From NCBI GenBank assembly GCA_004293815.1, contig RDZD01000016.1, positions 1 through 62,140 on the forward strand: a DNA stretch of 62,140 nt, read 5' to 3'. Under the pieces are notes generated by a model, which saw nothing but the letters and a program-made list of their open reading frames with translations, ran no database searches and had not been told where the DNA came from. Source of the DNA: Cytophagales bacterium (lineage in GTDB: Bacteria > Bacteroidota > Bacteroidia > Cytophagales > Bernardetiaceae). Each line of letters opens with the position of its first letter. Position 1 is the first letter of the stretch. Of the stretch, positions 1 to 9,844 are shown piece after piece. The position numbers and the translations under genes were made by a program.

Positions 1-170
1 ATTTCCAGCTCAAAAACTCGTGAGGAAAGGACAGCTTTTTGAGAAATACTAGAATAAAACCCCCGCAGCGTTAAATTTAAGCACTGTTTGAGAGAAGACC
101 AGATTAGAAGCACTGCACCACAAATTAGCACCTCCACCTCACTTTCCGCCAAGCCAATGTTAGGTGCATT

Positions 171-1007
171 TTACTGTTTTTCGCTACGAAGTTGCTCTAT
201 TTGCTCGGAGGTTAAACCTGTGTCTTCTGCGATTTCCTCATTTGTCAAGTTGCGTTTAATGAGTCTTTTAGCAATTTTAATTTTTTCTTGGTTTTTTCCC
301 TTGTTCTCTGCTTGATCTAGTTTAGCCCTTTCGTCTTCCTCTCGCATAAGAGCATAATCGTAAGCCTCCAACTCTTCGGGTGTCCAAGTGTGCTTATTAG
401 CCTCTTGGTAAGCACTTTTTAGTCCTTCGTCATCTACGTTTTCAGGAATAACATCAAGATTTTCAGCATTTTTGATGAAATACACCCACTTTTCTGTCAA
501 TGTTTCCAATTCGTGTAAATCCTTATTAAACTTAGGTAGCTCTATAAAGTTAAACTCTACATCTTCCAAAAGATGTTCGTGGGTTTCTACATCTCGAATT
601 TGATGGCGACTGATGTATTTTGAGTTGATCGAAAAACTATAATCCAAAATACCAATAAAAATGACAGGCTTTAATTGTCTATAAAAATCGCCTCTTTTAA
701 TTTGTTCGCTATATGATTTTGAAAAATAGAACAACACTCTTTTCGCAAAACCATCTAGCTCGCCAACTTGCATTTCTACGATATAGTTTCTGCCGATTTG
801 GTCGGTAGCCTTTACGTCAATGATAGTTACTTTTCCTCCTCGTAATTTGGGCAATTGGTAAGGGTTCATGATCTTAACCTCTACAATTTTTTGTTTGCCT
901 TTGAAAGCTAAAACAGCGTTGAGAAACGACACTAAAGTTTCTTTTCGGTTATCATTACCAAAAATTTTGCGAAAGGCTACATCATTTTTTACGTCTGCAA
1001 ACCCCAT
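171..1007 (-). CDS. Rpn/YhgA-like PD-(D/E)XK nuclease-family putative transposase (recombination-promoting nuclease family)
   Basis: The 278-aa ORF has the conserved N-terminal stretch of this family (MGFADVKNDVAFRKIFG...LNAVL) and the central IVEMQ / D-x-E-x-K-like core. The C-terminal tail matches the charged helical tail of TIGR01784-type proteins. These genes are multi-copy in many Bacteroidota. Confidence 0.7.
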   Translation of the reverse strand: MGFADVKNDVAFRKIFGNDNRKETLVSFLNAVLAFKGKQKIVEVKIMNPYQLPKLRGGKVTIIDVKATDQIGRNYIVEMQVGELDGFAKRVLFYFSKSYSEQIKRGDFYRQLKPVIFIGILDYSFSINSKYISRHQIRDVETHEHLLEDVEFNFIELPKFNKDLHELETLTEKWVYFIKNAENLDVIPENVDDEGLKSAYQEANKHTWTPEELEAYDYALMREEDERAKLDQAENKGKNQEKIKIAKRLIKRNLTNEEIAEDTGLTSEQIEQLRSEKQ

Positions 1008-1325
1008 CGTTTTCTTCGTTAAGTTCCCATCACAAAAATACGAAATTTTCCTTGAACTATTTTTATCTTTTACCCAATTTTCAACCTGTAATCCTATTTT
1101 TTACTCCCTACTTTTTGTTTTCTTACACTCTCACCCAACACCAATTGAAATATATCAAAATAGCCAAGAACAAAATTGCTTAGCTTAATTAGTCTTTTGT
1201 TATATTTGCGGGTGAGTAGCCTATATCAAGATAAGTATTTGATTTTCAGACCTAAAATACCTCTTTTTATACTACTTTCTTAATAAAAAAGTTTAAATGA
1301 GTTCGCTTACCAAATAGCAAGTATC

Positions 1326-2261
1326 TTGAAAAAGCATCTCCGTATAGGCAGTAGGAAAAGCCCTTTGGCATTATGGCAAGCCCAAAACGTAGCTGATTTA
1401 CTCACTGCAAAAGGCTGGAACACGCAAATTATAACTTTTGAGACTACAGGAGATCTTAAACTAGACGCAAGTATTTCAAAAATAGGCTCTAAAGGTGTTT
1501 TTACGGCAGAACTTGAGGAGGCATTACGTCTACAAAACATAGACATCGCTGTGCATAGCGCAAAAGATATGCCCTCTGAAGACAGCCCAAACCTCAAATT
1601 ACTAGCTTTCACCGAGCGTGAAGCCGCCCATGACGTGCTCGTCAGCTCCAAACCCATCGTAGATGGTCAAATACCCGCAAACTGGATTATAGGGACCTCC
1701 TCCACAAGACGCGTGGCTCAGCTCAAACATTTCTATCCAAGTTTAAAAACCCAGAATGTGCGTGGCAATCTACAAACACGGTTCCGAAAGTTGTCAGAAG
1801 GCCACTGTGACGCACTGATGTTAGCCTTTGCGGGCGTACACCGCATGGGCTTTGCCGCACAAATTGTATATGAATTCCCTATCCATAAAATAGTTACTTC
1901 GGCAGGTCAAGGCAGCTTAGCTATTCAAGTAGCAGAAAAAATGCCTCAAGAACTTCAAAATGAACTCTTTGAGATACTCAACCATGAGCATACGAGTGTG
2001 GCTGTGTTGGCTGAACGGGCATTCCTCAAAACCATGCAAGGCGGGTGCAGTGTTCCCGTTTTTGTTCATGCCGAATTGCAAAATTCTGGTCAGTATTGCC
2101 TCATGGGCGGGGTGGCTTCGCTAGATGGCCAGCAGTTTTTGAGTGAAAAAACAATATGTGGAAGAGAAACCATACAGTCTTTTGCTATTCAGATGGCAGA
2201 TAAACTTCTGGAGCGCGGAGCCAAGCAGATTTTGGAAGAAATCAAACAAGAGAAAAGCTAA
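1326..2261 (+). CDS. hemC: hydroxymethylbilane synthase (porphobilinogen deaminase)
   Basis: LRIGSRKSPLALWQA is the signature HemC N-terminus, and the ORF has the full ~310-aa length. The ORF begins with TTG because no in-frame ATG lies upstream before a stop. Confidence 0.9.
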   Translation: MKKHLRIGSRKSPLALWQAQNVADLLTAKGWNTQIITFETTGDLKLDASISKIGSKGVFTAELEEALRLQNIDIAVHSAKDMPSEDSPNLKLLAFTEREAAHDVLVSSKPIVDGQIPANWIIGTSSTRRVAQLKHFYPSLKTQNVRGNLQTRFRKLSEGHCDALMLAFAGVHRMGFAAQIVYEFPIHKIVTSAGQGSLAIQVAEKMPQELQNELFEILNHEHTSVAVLAERAFLKTMQGGCSVPVFVHAELQNSGQYCLMGGVASLDGQQFLSEKTICGRETIQSFAIQMADKLLERGAKQILEEIKQEKS

Positions 2262-2408
2262 ACTGGAATCACCCTACTGGGTCAGGTTTGTGGCTGTCCA
2301 TTTATAGGTCTCAAATTTGCTTTAACAGTACTGCCAAAGAAGCTCATTTCTAATCTTTAAAAGATATTCCTCTTTGTTGTACTTTTGTATTCCTTAAGGG
2401 TTTGAGCA

Positions 2409-3056
2409 ATGTATTTTTTTATGAAAGGCGAAAAGAAAAAAAGAGGTTTTAAAGAGCTTGTTTGGATTGCAATTAGGCTTTCACTTGTGCTTTTACTCGG
2501 TTACATAGCGATGAGCAAGCTCAGGACGTTCAGCTACGCCAGTGCCGAGGATTTGGTTCGTAAAAACTATAGTGCCGAAGTAAAAAAAATTTGTGAAACA
2601 GAAAAGCTACCAGCTGCCTATTTCAATGCACTCATTATCCTAGAATGCTCTGGACGCAAGCCTTCTGGAAGCAGATTCGAGCCTCATGTGTACGATAAAC
2701 TGCTAGCCGTGAAAGAAGGGCGCAGCAAAAGTTACATGAATATCAGCAGCAAACGCTTAGAAAATATGGACGAATCCACACTCAAACAATTGGCCACGTC
2801 TTGGGGACCGCTTCAGCTTATGGGCTACCATTGCCTGACACTGGGCATTTCTATAGACGAGCTAAAAGGCCCCAACACGCTCAAGCACAGCATTAGGTGG
2901 TGTAAAAAAAATTATGGCAAGTATCTTGACAAAAAAGATTTTAAAAATGCATTTCATTTGCATAATACGGGTAGAACTCACCCAGAATGGTGGTTTTCGC
3001 GGACACACGACCCCGACTATGTGCAAAAAGGATTGGGCTACATGGACAGGTTCTAG
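2409..3056 (+). CDS. membrane-anchored lysozyme-like/lytic transglycosylase (SLT-like) domain protein
   Basis: An N-terminal TM segment is followed by motifs that resemble SLT motifs I-III: ILECSGRKPS (E-S catalytic motif), GPLQLMG (GLMQ-like) and HNTG (AYNAG-like). Only the domain assignment is offered. The start may instead be the ATG at 2421. Confidence 0.5.
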   Translation: MYFFMKGEKKKRGFKELVWIAIRLSLVLLLGYIAMSKLRTFSYASAEDLVRKNYSAEVKKICETEKLPAAYFNALIILECSGRKPSGSRFEPHVYDKLLAVKEGRSKSYMNISSKRLENMDESTLKQLATSWGPLQLMGYHCLTLGISIDELKGPNTLKHSIRWCKKNYGKYLDKKDFKNAFHLHNTGRTHPEWWFSRTHDPDYVQKGLGYMDRF

Positions 3057-3092
3057 TTTAGAAAATCAATTTTGCCAATACTGTCTTACCAC

Positions 3093-3710
3093 CTAAGGCA
3101 CAGGATCGCCAAATTTATGGCTGAAGGATTTAGGATTGCCGCCATCAAAGTCCACAACTGTATAATTGATGCTTTCATCGGTCACACTAAGCTCCGAAAG
3201 ATAAGAACAGTTAGGCTCACCGCGTGCAGCAGAACCAGTGCCACCGCATACCTGCCCCAAAGATTCTAGCTTACCATTAGGCGACAGAATATGAAAAACC
3301 ATGTAGTCAAAATGGCCTTGCTCTATGGTAACATAGACTGTGTATTCCATACTCTGGGTGCAAGCTATTGCATACGTACTCACTTCGCCACCCACTTCTA
3401 AAAGGCGGCATTCTTCGGCTGTAAGTTCTATTTCGCCATAATCGCCTCCATCTGGATTTGCTTTTTTGACACGTTCCACAAATGCTTTATTTTCTAAATA
3501 AGGGTATCTGGTGAATAGTGCTTTAAGTTCTTCGCTTATTTGAGGTTGTAAGGCTGCTTCATGAGCACTAGTTGCGGCCTCTGTTTCTGCCGCAAGGTCT
3601 GCTTGCTGTGTGCTTGTGGAGTCTTTTACGGCAGTACTCCCGCCACCGCCACAAGAAAAAAGACCCAAAGTAAGGGCTAGAGAAATTATTTGTATGGTTT
3701 TTGAAAGCAT
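3093..3710 (-). CDS. hypothetical lipoprotein
   Basis: It has a signal peptide with the lipobox LGLFSCGGGG and a Gly/Ser/Thr/Ala-rich linker. No recognisable catalytic motifs are present. Confidence 0.55.
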   Translation of the reverse strand: MLSKTIQIISLALTLGLFSCGGGGSTAVKDSTSTQQADLAAETEAATSAHEAALQPQISEELKALFTRYPYLENKAFVERVKKANPDGGDYGEIELTAEECRLLEVGGEVSTYAIACTQSMEYTVYVTIEQGHFDYMVFHILSPNGKLESLGQVCGGTGSAARGEPNCSYLSELSVTDESINYTVVDFDGGNPKSFSHKFGDPVP

Positions 3711-3930
3711 ATTATTTGAAGAGTTAAAAAATTAGGAAATCAATACTCATAAGGCTCAGAACACAAAAAAACGAACTAATTAAGGCTAAAAGAAATGATT
3801 TAAAGCACAATATTCTAAATTTGTTGTTTGAAAATATATGAATGGTCTATTTTTCTTTGCATGTGGTATGTTAGGAAATAGCTTGGCATAGAAATCAGAA
3901 TATCATTAGTCAAAAAATATATCAAATTAC

Positions 3931-4338
3931 ATGAGCCTTTTTAAAAATAATTATGTGGAGATAGACACCAGCACTGAGCCACTTGTCTTGATAACTTACT
4001 CAAGTGCTGAACCTACTCTAGCTGAGTTTGATGCCTATCTAAGAGAAATTGAAATAATTTATGAGCGTGTGCCCTACTGTGCTTTTGTGCTAGATAGCAC
4101 GCGTGTTAAGTACTTGAGATCTGAATTACGCATAAAACAAGGCACTTGGATGAAAGAGAATGAAAAGCTCATAGGAGTCAAGCAAAAAGGTGCTGCCTTT
4201 GTTGTAAATGGTGTCATGGTGCAAATGTTGCTGCAAGGTATCATGTTGGTCAATCCTTTTCCTGCTCCATACAAGGTGTTCGCAAAATACGAAGAGGCTC
4301 TGCAATGGGCTACTAATCAACTCAAAATGCAAAAGTAA
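3931..4338 (+). CDS. hypothetical protein (135 aa), possibly STAS/SpoIIAA-like fold
   Basis: The ORF is clean with coding-like composition. The fold assignment is a weak guess from the alternating beta/alpha pattern and has no motif support. Confidence 0.4.
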   Translation: MSLFKNNYVEIDTSTEPLVLITYSSAEPTLAEFDAYLREIEIIYERVPYCAFVLDSTRVKYLRSELRIKQGTWMKENEKLIGVKQKGAAFVVNGVMVQMLLQGIMLVNPFPAPYKVFAKYEEALQWATNQLKMQK

Positions 4339-4603
4339 AGCATCGTTTTGACTATCAAAAAAATGTACGATTACTCTCTAAAAATTCCTGCAAAATAGCA
4401 GAACAAGATAGTGTCCCTAGATCTGTGCTTAAAAACTATCTGCTTTTTTTATCGTGCAAGTCAATGAAAGTTTTTGGGTATTTTGTATTTGTGGCTTAGG
4501 TTTTGAAAGATAACTAAACACGCTGTTGGTCGTTCGAATAAAGTAATGCTCAGCAATGCTTGTAAAAAAACTTCCGCATCCTGCACTCAAAAACTAAATT
4601 TTT

Positions 4604-6754
4604 ATGGCAAAAAACTACATTCTAATGGTTTTACTCTTGGTCTTGGCTGGCATAAGTGAGGCAGCCTTGGCACAAAACAATCCCCCTGATTCTATTCCTC
4701 TGCCAGCTTTTTTAAGAAAAAGAAACGATATTAGAGCAGAAAAACGACTAGATAAAGAACGAAAGATAGCGGCAGCAGAAGAAAACATGCGCCGCAAAGC
4801 TGCCGGTATAGTCGCTCCTTCTATGCGCTTCAAAAATATCAACAAACCTAGCATACCTTACTATGTAAATGAAAGAGACTTGGCGCGTATTCTAACAGCA
4901 CATAAAGGCGAAGACAATGAAAAGCTTTATAGACTACTTTACAACTACGTGAGTAATTTTGGAATAAAAAACTTTATCAATGACATCGGATTGCTCTATG
5001 ATTTGGCTTCACTTTCTGCCTTTATGGGCAATCATAAGCTAAGCTCAGAACTTTATGCTCTGATTATTAAGCACTACAGAGGTACAAAAGAAGTTCCCAA
5101 ATGGGTTTATGATTCTTTGGTGCAGCCATCAACGGCTTATTTAAACTTAGCAGAATACAAAAAATTTGTACAAGAGTTAGAGCTTGTAGATTCTCTCAAA
5201 CCCGAAGTGGATTCCATAGACATCAACATGGGCGAGGAAATTAATTCCAAATACGAAGACTATGGGCTTTCTATGGCACAAGACGACAGCAGTATTGTTT
5301 TTACTTCTCAAAGAAATAAACATCCTTCAGATCCAGAGCTCAAAAATGAAGATATTTTTTTTACAAAAAAAGATGAATACGGCTACTGGGAAGCGGCCAA
5401 ACAGATTCCAGGTTTAAATACCCAATACAACGAAGGCTCGCCCTGTCTAAGTCCAGACGGCAAAACCCTTGTGTTTGCGCGGTGTTTTTCACCTGCAGGC
5501 TATGGAAACTGCGACTTATTCATATCAGAATACTCTGAGGATAGCGCGAGTTGGAGTGAACCCCGAAATTTAGGTCCTTACATCAATTCTACAGCTTGGG
5601 ACTCTCACCCCACATTCAGCACCAACGGCGATACCCTGTTTTTTGCTTCTGATCGTTTAAGCGGTTTTGGCGGCAGCGATATTTATTTTTCGCGCAAGGG
5701 GCGAGGCCAAATTTGGCTACCCTGCGAAAATTTAGGCCCTGTGGTAAACACCCGAAACGACGAAGTAAGCCCTTATTATCACACCTTACGGCGTGTTCTT
5801 TACTTTAGCTCTAGTGGGCAGCTGGTGAGCTTTGGTGGTTTTGATATTTATAAAACCTACTCGATAGATAGCACTTGGAGCGAACCTGTAAATGTAGGGC
5901 CGTTTATCAACACTCCAAGCGACGAATATTACTTTGCCATCAACGGTGATGCTAAGATAATTTTTTATGCTCAATCAGACACCAACCGCAGCGATTTAGA
6001 TCTCTTCTCTTTTCCGCTACCCATGGAGGCTCATCCAGATGCCACTGTTAAGTTTTCAGGCTCGCTGCGTGAAGAGCGCACAGGAGAGATTTTTACTGGC
6101 ACTGTGGCCATTTTTGACCTAGAAGAACGCCGAATGATTGCGCCAAAACGCACCAGCGCAGACGGCTCTTTTGAGTTTAATCTGATAAACAAACGCAAGT
6201 ACTTGCTGGTGGTAGATGGTGAAAACTTTTTCAGACTCGAGCAAGTATTTTTCTTGGATGGTCCCCAAAAGAAAGATATACAGCTCAAAAATATTCAAAC
6301 AGTGCAGTTCAAATCTGTGGAGTTTGAGCTGGGCAGTTCACGCCTATCGCCACAAATGGAGAATGATTTGCACTTAGTCATTAAGTTTTTGACGGAGCAC
6401 CCAGATTTTGAGCTGAGTATAGAAGGACATACCGACACATCTGGCTATGCAGATGCCAACAAAAAGCTTTCTCAGGAACGCGCTGATGTGATCAAAGAAT
6501 ATATTGTGTCGTATGGTAAGTTCGAAAACGACCGTATAAAAGCCATTGGCTACGGTGAGGAACGTCCTCTTGTACGTGAACTTACCGAAATGGACAGAAA
6601 AACTAACCGACGGGTAGAATTTAGACTCTTCAACAGGCCGCCTTTAGAGTCTGAAAAGGCAATTCCAGAAAAGGTAACTGACCCTGACGCACCCTTAGAA
6701 GCACCTCGAGAAGAGGATTTTAAGGAGGACAAAGATGACTTCGGAGGTGGCTGA
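4604..6754 (+). CDS. OmpA-family peptidoglycan-binding protein with TPR-like N-terminus, PD40/TolB-like beta-propeller and CarboxypepD_reg-like domain (PorE-like architecture)
   Basis: A signal peptide is followed by PD40 repeats (SPDGKTLVFAR, STNGDTLFFASDR, YYHTLRRVLYFSSSGQ). The C-terminus is a canonical OmpA_C module: FELGSSRLSPQ...IEGHTDTSGYADANKKLSQERADVIKEYI...NRRVEFRL. Confidence 0.85.
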   Translation: MAKNYILMVLLLVLAGISEAALAQNNPPDSIPLPAFLRKRNDIRAEKRLDKERKIAAAEENMRRKAAGIVAPSMRFKNINKPSIPYYVNERDLARILTAHKGEDNEKLYRLLYNYVSNFGIKNFINDIGLLYDLASLSAFMGNHKLSSELYALIIKHYRGTKEVPKWVYDSLVQPSTAYLNLAEYKKFVQELELVDSLKPEVDSIDINMGEEINSKYEDYGLSMAQDDSSIVFTSQRNKHPSDPELKNEDIFFTKKDEYGYWEAAKQIPGLNTQYNEGSPCLSPDGKTLVFARCFSPAGYGNCDLFISEYSEDSASWSEPRNLGPYINSTAWDSHPTFSTNGDTLFFASDRLSGFGGSDIYFSRKGRGQIWLPCENLGPVVNTRNDEVSPYYHTLRRVLYFSSSGQLVSFGGFDIYKTYSIDSTWSEPVNVGPFINTPSDEYYFAINGDAKIIFYAQSDTNRSDLDLFSFPLPMEAHPDATVKFSGSLREERTGEIFTGTVAIFDLEERRMIAPKRTSADGSFEFNLINKRKYLLVVDGENFFRLEQVFFLDGPQKKDIQLKNIQTVQFKSVEFELGSSRLSPQMENDLHLVIKFLTEHPDFELSIEGHTDTSGYADANKKLSQERADVIKEYIVSYGKFENDRIKAIGYGEERPLVRELTEMDRKTNRRVEFRLFNRPPLESEKAIPEKVTDPDAPLEAPREEDFKEDKDDFGGG

Positions 6755-6898
6755 CCTTGCTAGCGAAAAAATTAATGTCATAAAAAATTAATTATTTCTA
6801 AACATCGAGCAGCGTTTTTGGTTTCCTGGTCGTAATGAATATGAGTTCACAAACCGCTCACATTCCAAAGTCCAAAATAAGACTACATTCCCCACAAG

Positions 6899-6925
6899 CC
6901 CCAGCTTTAGACTGGGGTTTTGTTG
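6899..6925 (+). terminator. rho-independent terminator hairpin (CCCCAG-ctttaga-CTGGGG followed by a TTTTGTTG tract)
   Basis: A 6-bp GC-rich perfect stem is followed by a T-tract, 145 bp downstream of the OmpA-family gene stop. Confidence 0.55.
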
Positions 6926-6952
6926 TGTTGGACTGGCCTAACAAATAAACCA

Positions 6953-6984
6953 AAGAGCACAAGAAACTAGAATCTTGTGCTCTT
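6953..6984. terminator. perfect 11-bp inverted repeat (AAGAGCACAAG ... CTTGTGCTCTT, 10-nt loop), candidate terminator for the minus-strand gene ending at 7153
   Basis: The inverted repeat is seen directly in the sequence. It lies downstream of the M50B-like gene on the minus strand. Confidence 0.35.
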
Positions 6985-7152
6985 GAAAGCTCAGCGACAA
7001 TTGTCCCAAGTTAATCCATTCAAATAAATTCCATCTGGCTTTAATTGTTACAATCAGCTGTAAGCTTCGTACCCAAATGAATATCTCACTCTAAGTTAAG
7101 TATGACACATATTCTATTTGATTGTATCAACTCTCAGAAAGATTTCTGCGCC

Positions 7153-7887
7153 TTAGGCCGCTGTCTTGGGTGAACGATGGGCTATATAAAGCGAATACAA
7201 CAGCATCATAACAGAAACAAGGGCAATGCTAGTACCCCAAAACCAATAAGGCAACAAGAGCGCATTGGCTATAGCTCCTGTATCAGAAGCATACTGCGTG
7301 CCATCAACCACTGCATTATCTACAAAAAGATAGTCAAATTGTGTAAAAACAGCTATAGAAGCCTGAACACCAAGAAGACGTACCAAAAATTGTGAGGTGT
7401 TATGACCACCCTTTAAGGCCACACTCAATATAAGAACAGCCCAAAGCGGTATAAAGACAAACCCAAAAATATTTCTAACCCAAACAATCACGCTGAAAGC
7501 CATAAACAGACCCAAAATCCACAATGATGCAGTGGCTACACGGGGAGAACGGCTCAAAATAATCAACAAACTACCCGCCACTGCTGGTCCTAACAAGCCC
7601 CCTGCCGCTACAGCAGCTTCACCTAGAGGGCCAAAGAGCACATCTTTGCTGTGCTTAGCCACTCCTGAGCCATCGCTAAATATTTCTAGTTGGTGGAACG
7701 TCCCGCCAAATAGAATAGCTGTCAGACCATGACCCATTTCATGAAACCACGTACACAAAATGGTGAAAGGGTAAAGGACATAATTACCGTAAGGCACATA
7801 ATTTAAGGCAATTGTAAACAAAGCCATTAAAAAGAGCCAAATGAGCGAGCTCTTTTTTTCACTGTGACCATCTATGGTGGTGTTCAT
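7153..7887 (-). CDS. M50B-like membrane zinc metalloprotease family protein
   Basis: The HEMGH (HExxH) motif sits inside a polytopic membrane protein of about 244 aa, which is the architecture of Peptidase_M50B. Confidence 0.6.
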   Translation of the reverse strand: MNTTIDGHSEKKSSLIWLFLMALFTIALNYVPYGNYVLYPFTILCTWFHEMGHGLTAILFGGTFHQLEIFSDGSGVAKHSKDVLFGPLGEAAVAAGGLLGPAVAGSLLIILSRSPRVATASLWILGLFMAFSVIVWVRNIFGFVFIPLWAVLILSVALKGGHNTSQFLVRLLGVQASIAVFTQFDYLFVDNAVVDGTQYASDTGAIANALLLPYWFWGTSIALVSVMMLLYSLYIAHRSPKTAA

Positions 7888-7920
7888 TGTGTTTTTGAGT
7901 TTAAGGTGACGCTTTGTACT

Positions 7921-8964
7921 TTAGTCATTTTGATTCTCTTCGCGAGAACGAGGTTTTTGATGATGCTCTTTGTGGTTTTGCTCTTCTTCTGTGTTCCTCT
8001 CATAAGCTTCAATAACCTGTCTAACAAGATAATGCCTAACCACGTCCTTGCCATCTAAGTATACAAAACCTATATCCTTGATTTTTTTAAGAATATGAAC
8101 GGCATCAACCAAACCTGAGCGTTGCTTGCTGGGAAGGTCTATCTGGCTCACATCACCAGTAATAATCATTTTTGAATTTTGTCCCATGCGAGTCAGACAC
8201 ATTTTCATTTGCATAGACGTTGTGTTTTGAGCCTCGTCAAGCAAAATAAAGGCGTTAGAGAGCGTTCTGCCGCGCATAAAAGCTATGGGCGCAATCTCAA
8301 TGATATTTTCTTCAAGGTAATGATTCAGTTTTTCGGAAGGAATCATTTCCTCAAATGCGTCATAAATAGGGCGCAAATAGGGATCTATTTTTTCGCGCAT
8401 ATCACCAGGCAGAAAGCCCAAACTTTCACCAGCTTCTACTGCTGGGCGAGTGATAACAATTTTGCGCACCAATTTATTTTTGAGCGCACGAACAGCTAAA
8501 GCCACAGCTACATAGGTTTTGCCTGTCCCAGCAGGGCCTAGAGCAAATACAATGTCTTTTTCGTTCGATGCTTTGACGAGTGCTTGTTGGTTAGTTGTTT
8601 TGGCTTTTATAGGTAAGCCCTTCACCCCAAAAATAATGGTGTCGTCCTTGTCTTTGCGTAGCAATGAAGCAGAGTCATCGTTCAAACACAAGCGCACATC
8701 AGCCACGTCTACCTTTCCAAACTGGTGATAGTGCTCTAGAAGTTGGTTAATGATTTCATTGATTTTGACAATTTCAGGGCTACTACCTTGAATACGAATT
8801 TCGTTACCGCGTGCCAAGATGCGACTTTCTGGAAAAGCCAGTCTAATTTCACGAAGATTGGCATCTTCCGCCCCAAAAAAATCAGGCAGAGCCACATTTT
8901 CTAATTGTATGATTTTTTCTACCAAAACAACTTTATTTTTATTGTTGATAACATGATAAAACAC
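7921..8964 (-). CDS. PhoH-family ATPase (PhoH-like/YbeZ type)
   Basis: The Walker A motif GPAGTGKTY is followed by LLDEAQN and a TGD...Q.D motif, all characteristic of PhoH family proteins. A KH-like domain lies N-terminal to the ATPase. Confidence 0.9.
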   Translation of the reverse strand: MFYHVINNKNKVVLVEKIIQLENVALPDFFGAEDANLREIRLAFPESRILARGNEIRIQGSSPEIVKINEIINQLLEHYHQFGKVDVADVRLCLNDDSASLLRKDKDDTIIFGVKGLPIKAKTTNQQALVKASNEKDIVFALGPAGTGKTYVAVALAVRALKNKLVRKIVITRPAVEAGESLGFLPGDMREKIDPYLRPIYDAFEEMIPSEKLNHYLEENIIEIAPIAFMRGRTLSNAFILLDEAQNTTSMQMKMCLTRMGQNSKMIITGDVSQIDLPSKQRSGLVDAVHILKKIKDIGFVYLDGKDVVRHYLVRQVIEAYERNTEEEQNHKEHHQKPRSREENQND

Positions 8965-9028
8965 CCGCAGGTATCACAAATATATTAAACGATGGTCAAA
9001 AAACAAAGTTTCCTTGTCAAACATTTTT

Positions 9029-9844
9029 CTATATTTTGAGAGAGCGGTATGCAAAAATATTGAGCTGCAAATCCACTTCAGAGCCTAGTTCTAACTTGTC
9101 CAAATAAGGCTGAGATTGGTAAACTCCAGTTCGCTCCATGTAGTAACGAAAGCCAGCTTGCGTTATAATTTCCAATATTTCATGGAGAGTTTGGTCTTGA
9201 TTTGCGTAGGAATGGTACTCTACAAAAAGGTGCTTAACGCGGTGTAAATCTTGGGAAATATCATTTAGGACTTCCGTTTCAGCTCCTTCTATATCCAGCT
9301 TCAAAAAATCTACAGGTTCTTGTAAGTAAGGTCTTAAGCTAGTGGTTTCTACGTTCACAAATTCAGAGTGCTGATCTTCTAAATCTGCTATAGCACTGGC
9401 ATCATATAAATCAGCATTAAATCGTACTATCTTTTTGAATGACCAAAGAGCTTTAGGAATCAATAAAATGTCTTTTTCTTGACTTCTTGAAATATTTTTA
9501 GATAATATTTGGAATGTTTTTGGATTTGGTTCAAAAGCAATAATACTTGATTTTGGATAAAGCCATTTAAAATAAAGAACACTTAAACCAATATTAGATC
9601 CGCAATCAATAATTTTAATTTTTTTAGTATCTGATTTAAAAAAATAAATTTGTTTATTAAATATTTCATCAAATTGAAATAAAAAATTGGATTTATTATT
9701 CAAATAAAATTGTTTTTTATTCAAATAAATAAACCCAATTTCTTTAAAATCACTCCAAAATAATTTTAGCCATGAAAGCAAACTCAAATTTGAGTAGTTT
9801 TTAATAAAACTCTTGGCGAGAAGACGGCTTTCAAAGCTTAACAT
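9029..9844 (-). CDS. FkbM-family methyltransferase
   Basis: The motifs IDCGSNIGLS, FEPNP and LKLDIEGAE match the SAM-binding and FkbM signatures. The 5' half of the gene is extremely AT-rich. Confidence 0.8.
   Translation of the reverse strand: MLSFESRLLAKSFIKNYSNLSLLSWLKLFWSDFKEIGFIYLNKKQFYLNNKSNFLFQFDEIFNKQIYFFKSDTKKIKIIDCGSNIGLSVLYFKWLYPKSSIIAFEPNPKTFQILSKNISRSQEKDILLIPKALWSFKKIVRFNADLYDASAIADLEDQHSEFVNVETTSLRPYLQEPVDFLKLDIEGAETEVLNDISQDLHRVKHLFVEYHSYANQDQTLHEILEIITQAGFRYYMERTGVYQSQPYLDKLELGSEVDLQLNIFAYRSLKI

Noticed and set aside
88-315. 75-aa plus-strand ORF overlapping the 3' end of the Rpn gene
   Set aside because: It is entirely antisense to a well-supported conserved CDS. It is low-complexity and has no motif.
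3072-3269. 65-aa plus-strand ORF and other small ORFs (868-1188, 1307-1657, 4074-4332, 12410-12853, 41205-41858, 50024-50629 etc.)
   Set aside because: All overlap better-supported CDSs on the opposite strand or in another frame, and none has a motif.
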